Under the pieces are notes generated by a model that saw only the letters and a list, made by a program, of their open reading frames with translations, did no database searches and was not told where the DNA came from. Positions 45,895 through 51,464 of a DNA stretch of 51,464 nucleotides are shown one piece after another. Both the position numbers and the translations under genes were made by a program. The stretch comes from a virus. Lineage: Duplodnaviria > Caudoviricetes. Each line of letters opens with the position of its first letter. Position 1 is the stretch's first letter. The DNA lies in IMG/VR virus record IMGVR_UViG_3300030110_002923, positions 1-51,464 of that record; one strand, 5' to 3'.

Positions 45895-46553
45895 ATATGA
45901 GAAGTAGAGGACTTGTAGATAACTTAAACAAATTCAACTTTCATATATTGGGTTGCGGTGCTATAGGTAGTGCCGCAGCTATCCAATTATGTAGGATGGG
46001 TGCAACTAATTTTGCTTTATATGATAATGACAAAGTAGATACAGCTAACATAGGCGTATCACAGTACACAATGTACGATGTAGATTATCCTAAAGTAGAT
46101 ATGTTACACGGAAAGTTAAAAGATATAAGTATTGATTTAAAAGTTCAATGTGTTGATGAAAAGTTTATCAATTATATACATATGAACAATGATGACATAA
46201 TTATATTAGGTTTTGACAGTATGCAATCTAGAATGGATGCAGTAAAAGCTATAAACAACTGGCAAGGATGTAAACCATATGCTTTAATAGATGGTCGTAT
46301 GGGTGCAGAACATTATCAACAATATGTTCTATTAAGACCTACGTTAAAAGACTATAAAAAGATATGGTATTCTGACGAGAATGGCAGTGAAGAACCTTGC
46401 AATATGAAAGCTACTAGTTATTGTAGTAATATGAGTGGTAGTTTTATAGCAAATGCAGTAAGAAAAATAGTCAAAGAACAACCTTACGAGGATTTTGTCT
46501 CTTTTCATTTTCCTACTATGTCGATAGAAAAAAATAGTTGTATATTTAAATAA
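45885..46553 (+). CDS. E1/ThiF-family Ubl-activating enzyme
   Basis: N-terminal Arg (MRSRGL), ILGCGAIGS, YDNDKVDTANIGVSQY, PKVD, GFDS and DGRMG motifs; candidate catalytic Cys in EEPC (aa 172). Confidence 0.92.
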   Translation: MAINMRSRGLVDNLNKFNFHILGCGAIGSAAAIQLCRMGATNFALYDNDKVDTANIGVSQYTMYDVDYPKVDMLHGKLKDISIDLKVQCVDEKFINYIHMNNDDIIILGFDSMQSRMDAVKAINNWQGCKPYALIDGRMGAEHYQQYVLLRPTLKDYKKIWYSDENGSEEPCNMKATSYCSNMSGSFIANAVRKIVKEQPYEDFVSFHFPTMSIEKNSCIFK

Positions 46554-46566
46554 TAAGTATTAACTT
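46538..46566 (+). promoter_or_regulatory. Putative sigma70 promoter for the replication operon
   Basis: TTGTAT-17-TAACTT, followed by a GCAA-tetraloop hairpin (46577-46598) and an AAGGAGGT RBS. Confidence 0.5.
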
Positions 46567-46632
46567 AGTAAGCTTGAGGGAGTTAGCAATAACTCTCTTG
46601 AGCCCTTTCGTTAACTAAAAGAAGGAGGTGCA

Positions 46633-47304
46633 ATGTCACTAAAAAAAGTAAAAAGAAAAGCTATATCAAACGACCCTAAAGTAATGTTATTATATGGAGC
46701 TCCTAAAGTAGGTAAAACTACTATTTTGAGTCAATTAGAAGATTGTTTAATAATTGATACAGAGCAAGGTGCTAATATGATAGAAGGCTATATAGAGTCT
46801 GTAAACAATAGAGAAGATTTGATTACGCTTTTAAGAAAGGCTCAAGAAGGCCACGACTATAAGTATGTAGCAATAGATACTATAGATAAAGTAGCTGAAT
46901 GGGCAGAAGAAGCTGTATGTAGCGAAGAACAAGTATCAGCTGTACAAGACTTAGCATTTGGCAAAGGCTTTGCAATGGTAAGAGAAAAAGTTCTGAATAC
47001 AGTAAAAGCAGTCAAACAAATATTTCCTCATGTAATTATCATCGGACATAGGAAATGGGCGAGAGCCGTGGTAGACAGTAAAGCTATAGTAGAACCAGAA
47101 AGTCTAGATTTAACAGGTAAGTTAAAGAATATGTTAATGGCAGACTGTGATGCTATAGGCTATGTTTATCGAGATGATGAAAAAGGCAAGCTAATGATAT
47201 CATTTAAAGCAAATGAAGCGTTAGAAGCTGGTAGTAGAAGTCCTCATCTGAGAGGCAAAGACATCGAGTTAAAATGGAAAAGTATCTACAAAGGAGATAA
47301 ATAA
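46633..47304 (+). CDS. AAA_24 / Sak4-like P-loop ATPase (recombination)
   Basis: LYGAPKVGKTT, IIDTEQG, IDTIDK, IIGH, CDAIGY. Confidence 0.85.
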   Translation: MSLKKVKRKAISNDPKVMLLYGAPKVGKTTILSQLEDCLIIDTEQGANMIEGYIESVNNREDLITLLRKAQEGHDYKYVAIDTIDKVAEWAEEAVCSEEQVSAVQDLAFGKGFAMVREKVLNTVKAVKQIFPHVIIIGHRKWARAVVDSKAIVEPESLDLTGKLKNMLMADCDAIGYVYRDDEKGKLMISFKANEALEAGSRSPHLRGKDIELKWKSIYKGDK

Positions 47305-47915
47305 TGGCGATATTCAAACCCGAAGTTGCAGAATTTAGCAACGATAACAATAAGTTCTTAGGCATAAATAAATTTGCTATAATGCATTTCGAAAATAAGT
47401 CAGGTATGTTTGATTGGGCTGACCTATACATAGAAGTGGAAGTTAAACAAGAACACAGTGATTACAATAGAAAGTTACAAATAAAAGGCTCATTCGAGAA
47501 AGATTCATCAGGCAATATAACTGGAGGTAGTGTATTAAAAAGACTATATACTTTCTTTGAAGCTATAGGTTGCACTGCTGGAATCAATGTAAAAGGCGAA
47601 TGGGAAGATGCAGAAGGCAATAAAATAGAGGATATATGTGATTATTTATCAACTAGATTTATAGCTAGCTCTAATTCAGATTATGAGCCTACATCATATG
47701 ACTATATTGCTTATTTCTATAAAGAACAACCTAAAAAGCCTGGTGCTAAAGCTTATACTACGGTATGGCCTAAAGTATATAGGTATAGCGAAGACAATCA
47801 AAAGAAATTACAAAGTGATATCGATTGGTTGAAAGGCAAAGGTTATCTTAAAGAGTTAACAGATGAAGTTAAAACTGCTCCAGAAATGAATGGTAATGGT
47901 TTAGCTAATCTATGA
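47304..47915 (+). CDS. Putative ssDNA-binding protein
   Basis: Lies between the Sak4-like ATPase and the primase-helicase; aromatic beta-rich. Called by position only. Confidence 0.45.
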   Translation: MAIFKPEVAEFSNDNNKFLGINKFAIMHFENKSGMFDWADLYIEVEVKQEHSDYNRKLQIKGSFEKDSSGNITGGSVLKRLYTFFEAIGCTAGINVKGEWEDAEGNKIEDICDYLSTRFIASSNSDYEPTSYDYIAYFYKEQPKKPGAKAYTTVWPKVYRYSEDNQKKLQSDIDWLKGKGYLKELTDEVKTAPEMNGNGLANL

Positions 47916-49678
47916 ATTATGTAGAGATAGCTAGAGGCACACCTTTTAATAGAGGTATGATTATTCCTGTAAACAAATTGCATGCATATATGAATCCAAA
48001 TGAGGCTTTATATCGCAGTGTATATCTGTATGATGAATCAGCTGTTGAATATGTAAAAGACAAAGGTAGTTTGAAGAATTACTTTGGTGTTAGATATATT
48101 GACAAGATTCCTGTAGATATAGACAAGCAAGACAGGAGCAATGAAAGAACTTTAGATATCTTGAGAGGTACTATCCTAGAGCTAGAAGAAGCTGACATTA
48201 GCAGTCGGAGCTATCAAGCTTACTTTTCTGGCTCTGGATATCACCTTATTCTTTCTGGGGAGTTGTTTAATTTTAAGTCTGGTACAGATTTACCATTTAT
48301 AGTCAAACAAACTATGAAGAAGTTGTTGCCTGGAATAGATTCTAGTATTTACATGAGAACTGGAATCTATAGGCTTCAACATACGTTAAATCAAAAAACA
48401 GATTTATTTAAAATACCTTTGACAAATGATGAGGTATTAAACAAAGACCCTAAAGAAATCTTTGAGTTAGCTAAAAGTTCTAGATTAGATTTTCAATATC
48501 ATATATTAGAAGCTAATGGAGAGCTAGAAAAAAGAGTAGTAACTGAGGTTCCAGATATTAGAGTATTTAACAAAGTATCAGAACCTAACAAAATAATACC
48601 TTGTGTTCAATCTATGCTTAATAATGGAGCAAGAGAAGGCAGTAGGCATCTTACAGCTATGAGAATCATTAGCCATTTTAAAAGACACGGTATACCTAGT
48701 CATTATGCAAAAGTATCTATGTTGCATTGGAATAACAAAAGTATGCCAGAATCAGCTATTATGGAGATGGTAGAGAATGTTTATAATAGAAATTATAAAT
48801 ATGGTTGTCAAGATACTATTATGCTAGAGCATTGCAAAACACAATGTATACACTTTTCTAGAAAAGATTATTTAGTAGATATTAAATCATCTGATGAAAT
48901 GCAAGGAGAGTTGCAAGAAAGATTAACTACTGATTTTAGTGGTAAAACAATAGATTTGGGAAGAGCATTAGGCTTAGACGTAGAATCTACTATTTATCCA
49001 GGCGAGTTAGTAACAATCTTTGGTCCAACTGGTTCTAACAAGACTACATTTGCACAAAACTTAGCATTAGGCGTAGATTTTGTAAATGATAAAATTGTCA
49101 AAGAATGGCAAATACCTACGTTATTCTTAAGTTTAGAGCTATCTTCTTGGTATATGCACAGAAGACATTTGCAAATAGTTTCTAGCAAAAGTAAAGAAGA
49201 AGTAAACAACAATCATGAAGCTTTATATCAGTCTCATAAAGACGAATTAGAGCATATTATGATACAAACAATATCTCCAACTTTAGATAAGATTTATGAA
49301 AAAGTCAGAGAATTGCAGCCACAATTAGTAATCGTAGATTATATAGATTTAGTAGACACACCTGTTAGTTACAGAGGTGAATACGAAAAAATAAAATATA
49401 TATCTCACGGATTGTCTAATATGGCTGTAAATAATGACTTGATTGTAATACAGATATCTCAAGTAAGTAGAGAATATAGCCGAAACGAAGTGTTAGATTT
49501 ATATGCTGGTAAGGGTAGTGGTGCAATAGAAAATGCATCAAGAAAAGTTATTGGATTAAATGGTCAATCAAAGACTCCTAAAAGAGCTGTGAAACTATTT
49601 AAAAATACTGATGGCGAACTATTTGACACACATGTAGAATGGACACCTAGTTTCAGATTAAGGAGAGTGAATGCGTAA
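47912..49678 (+). CDS. AEP primase(-polymerase) fused to a RecA-type SF4-like helicase
   Basis: PVDID, FSGSGYH, IDSSIY..GIYRL; Cys-rich linker; GPTGSNKTT, FLSLE, IVDYID, ISQVSR, GSGAIE. Confidence 0.88.
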   Translation: MNYVEIARGTPFNRGMIIPVNKLHAYMNPNEALYRSVYLYDESAVEYVKDKGSLKNYFGVRYIDKIPVDIDKQDRSNERTLDILRGTILELEEADISSRSYQAYFSGSGYHLILSGELFNFKSGTDLPFIVKQTMKKLLPGIDSSIYMRTGIYRLQHTLNQKTDLFKIPLTNDEVLNKDPKEIFELAKSSRLDFQYHILEANGELEKRVVTEVPDIRVFNKVSEPNKIIPCVQSMLNNGAREGSRHLTAMRIISHFKRHGIPSHYAKVSMLHWNNKSMPESAIMEMVENVYNRNYKYGCQDTIMLEHCKTQCIHFSRKDYLVDIKSSDEMQGELQERLTTDFSGKTIDLGRALGLDVESTIYPGELVTIFGPTGSNKTTFAQNLALGVDFVNDKIVKEWQIPTLFLSLELSSWYMHRRHLQIVSSKSKEEVNNNHEALYQSHKDELEHIMIQTISPTLDKIYEKVRELQPQLVIVDYIDLVDTPVSYRGEYEKIKYISHGLSNMAVNNDLIVIQISQVSREYSRNEVLDLYAGKGSGAIENASRKVIGLNGQSKTPKRAVKLFKNTDGELFDTHVEWTPSFRLRRVNA

Positions 49679-49883
49679 TTTACTTGCTATATATGCACTA
49701 GACGATGTAACTTTTATTCGTTTCTTGTATATATTTAAACTTGGGTTTTTGCACCCAAGCGATGTACCTGGAAAATTAACAGGATTGATAATTGGAATAT
49801 GGCGATTTGAGATTCAATTAATATTAGGATTCTGGGACAAAGGAAAGCAACATAGTGTACAAGAGAGTAAAGCTAGTGCTTAA
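49671..49883 (+). CDS. Small hydrophobic hypothetical protein
   Basis: AAGGAG RBS; overlaps the helicase stop. Confidence 0.6.
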   Translation: MRNLLAIYALDDVTFIRFLYIFKLGFLHPSDVPGKLTGLIIGIWRFEIQLILGFWDKGKQHSVQESKASA

Positions 49884-49942
49884 ACAAACAACAAACAAAG
49901 TTCTTTGTTTTGTAAAAAAGAACTATAAGAGGAGTTAATACT

Positions 49943-50449
49943 TTGAAAGCCAATGGCAATAAAGTGAAACGCTACTCAAAGCCTAAAAGGGGACGCAAGT
50001 CCCCTAAGGGCCTAACGATTTGGGAAGAAAAGTTTAATAAAAAATTAAAGAAGCATCATAAACACTTTGCTAAAAAAGTGTTTCATCGATTAATGAAAAA
50101 GTCGTCAACATTAAGAACGACTTTGAAGAGAAGGAGTAAAGAGTATGAAGTCGAATTTGATATATCTCTTACACAGGTTAGAGAGATGCTTTACAAATCT
50201 TATGGACGGAAGTGTAGGTATTGCAATACGAATTTACTTGTCAATAATATGGCATGTGACCATATCCATCCTCTTTCTTTGGGTGGTGTATCTACTCCTG
50301 ATAACCTTCAAATGATTTGTATGCGTTGTAATACAAGAAAAGGCCCTCTAACAGACAAAGATTATGGAAAGTTATTAAAATGGCTTTCTAGACAAAAAGA
50401 AGACTTAACGAAATACGTATTAAGAAAATTATCAAGTAGAGATTTTTAA
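49943..50449 (+). CDS. HNH endonuclease
   Basis: CRYC...DHIHPLSLGG...NLQMICMRCNTRKG. Confidence 0.9.
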   Translation: MKANGNKVKRYSKPKRGRKSPKGLTIWEEKFNKKLKKHHKHFAKKVFHRLMKKSSTLRTTLKRRSKEYEVEFDISLTQVREMLYKSYGRKCRYCNTNLLVNNMACDHIHPLSLGGVSTPDNLQMICMRCNTRKGPLTDKDYGKLLKWLSRQKEDLTKYVLRKLSSRDF

Positions 50450-50453
50450 TTAT

Positions 50454-50641
50454 TGAGAGGGTCCTCGTATCGTGAGAGCGAGGGGGTTCTTTGACATAGT
50501 CCTATGTCTCCTTATGACCTAGTTAGCCCTCTCATAAACTTAGGGCAAACGACACGGCAACGGTGAGCAGTTGCAATTAGATTGTTACAGACCCTGGAAA
50601 ACAAAGTAACAATGTTAATCTCTTAACAAATGTTTGCCCTA
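50454..50641 (+). other. Two tandem stem-closed structured elements
   Basis: tgagaggg (50454-61)/ccctctca (50527-34) and tagggcaaac (50541-50)/gtttgcccta (50632-41), each with internal hairpins. Confidence 0.55.
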
Positions 50642-50657
50642 TTAAATTGGAGGAAGT

Positions 50658-50759
50658 ATGGAAGTATGGAAAATAATTTTAGGAATTTCATTAATTACAG
50701 GAGCTATGACAGTAGCTATTGTAGCATATGAATATTTTAAAGATAACTATAAAGGATAG
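50658..50759 (+). CDS. 33-aa single-TM peptide (not in ORF track)
   Basis: GGAGGA RBS; MEVWKIILGISLITGAMTVAIVAYEYFKDNYKG*. Confidence 0.6.
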   Translation: MEVWKIILGISLITGAMTVAIVAYEYFKDNYKG

Positions 50760-50760
50760 A

Positions 50761-51464
50761 ATGATAAAAAAAGTAAATAGAAAATCTATGATTATTAGAG
50801 ATTCTGGACGTAGTAGTGACTTTATTACACCTAGCTTTGGCTATGGATGTCTGTATAAATGTAACTATTGTTATATGCGTAGACGTGTAAAAAAAGGTGT
50901 TACAATAGCATCAAATGCACACGAAATACTTGACGCTTTGGATAGGCACTTATGGCTATTAAAATGGCCTAAAATACCTAATCAAACGCACGAAAAGTAT
51001 TATACATACGATTTTAGTTGTAATGAAGATTATGTCTTGCACTTAAAGTACCATCAATGGGAGTATTTGTTTGATTATTTCAAAGATAATCCTAAAGCTA
51101 TGGGTACAGCTGCAACAAAATATGTTAATAAAAATATGTTGAGCTATGATGCAAATAGAAAAGTTCGTATAAGGTTTAGTATTATGCCTCAAGAACTATC
51201 AGACAAACTAGAACCTGGAACATCTAAGATTATAGATAGAATAAAAGCAGTAAATAACTTTTACGAAGCGGGTTATGATGTTCATTTAAATTACTCGCCT
51301 ATTATAGTATACGATAACTTTGTAGAAGGTTATACAAAGTTGTTTAAGCTAGTAGACGAAATAGTAGATGACAGTATAAAACAAAAAGTAAAAGCAGAAT
51401 GTATATTTTTGACACACAATAAAGAAATGCATGAGTACAATATTAAAAATGAAATAAAAGGTGA
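50761..51464 (+). CDS. splB: Spore photoproduct lyase-like radical SAM protein, N-terminal part (joins 1-261; ~287 aa in total; absent from ORF track)
   Basis: SSDFITPSFGYGCLYKCNYCYM (CxxxCxxC), YDFSCNED, ATKYVN, VRIRFSIMP, LEPGTSKIIDRI, GYDVHLNYSPII. Confidence 0.85.
   Translation, partial: MIKKVNRKSMIIRDSGRSSDFITPSFGYGCLYKCNYCYMRRRVKKGVTIASNAHEILDALDRHLWLLKWPKIPNQTHEKYYTYDFSCNEDYVLHLKYHQWEYLFDYFKDNPKAMGTAATKYVNKNMLSYDANRKVRIRFSIMPQELSDKLEPGTSKIIDRIKAVNNFYEAGYDVHLNYSPIIVYDNFVEGYTKLFKLVDEIVDDSIKQKVKAECIFLTHNKEMHEYNIKNEIKG
51364..51464. repeat. Terminal direct repeat / circular assembly overlap (copy 2)
   Basis: Matches 1-101 with one mismatch. Confidence 0.95.

Noticed and set aside
43179-46553. 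Ordinary thiS/thiF or moaD/moeB auxiliary metabolic genes
   Set aside because: No thiG, moaE, desulfurase or rhodanese genes; the E1 lacks the Zn motifs; JAB and E2-like genes intervene. A sulfur-carrier role is less likely but not excluded.
50454-50534. tRNA gene
   Set aside because: Size and closing stem fit, but there is no GTTCRA T-loop, D-loop consensus or 7-nt anticodon loop.
1-51464. Alternative genetic code (stop-codon reassignment as in some crAss-like phages)
   Set aside because: Very long ORFs are intact and densely packed under the standard code, and TAA, TAG and TGA all occur at coupled gene ends.

Overview
The window is an apparently complete, circularly closed, AT-rich (~51.36 kb) dsDNA phage genome with podovirus-like gene content. 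The last 101 nt repeat the first 101 nt with one mismatch. Two divergent arms start from a non-coding control region at ~40.75-41.2 kb and meet head-on at 2526-2529. The minus-strand (late) arm encodes terminase, portal, scaffold, major capsid, decoration and adaptor proteins, a small-membrane-protein cluster, a metallophosphoesterase, a 2646-aa tail protein and ejection proteins. It also encodes a 3255-aa protein with two-barrel RNA polymerase motifs (GADLDGD) plus a SLOG-like domain, and ends with an All3500-like AEP-fold protein. The plus-strand (early/middle) arm encodes small hypothetical proteins interspersed with many stem-closed structured elements. It then carries a four-gene ubiquitin-like conjugation cassette: Ubl ending in GG, E2-like, JAB/MPN+ and E1/ThiF. 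After that come a Sak4-like ATPase, a putative SSB, an AEP primase-helicase, an HNH nuclease and a spore photoproduct lyase-like radical SAM gene split across the window ends. No DNA polymerase, integrase, tRNA or CRISPR array was recognised. The most notable candidate system is the phage-encoded Ubl-E2-JAB-E1 operon at 43179-46553. All family calls come from motifs read by eye; no searches were run.
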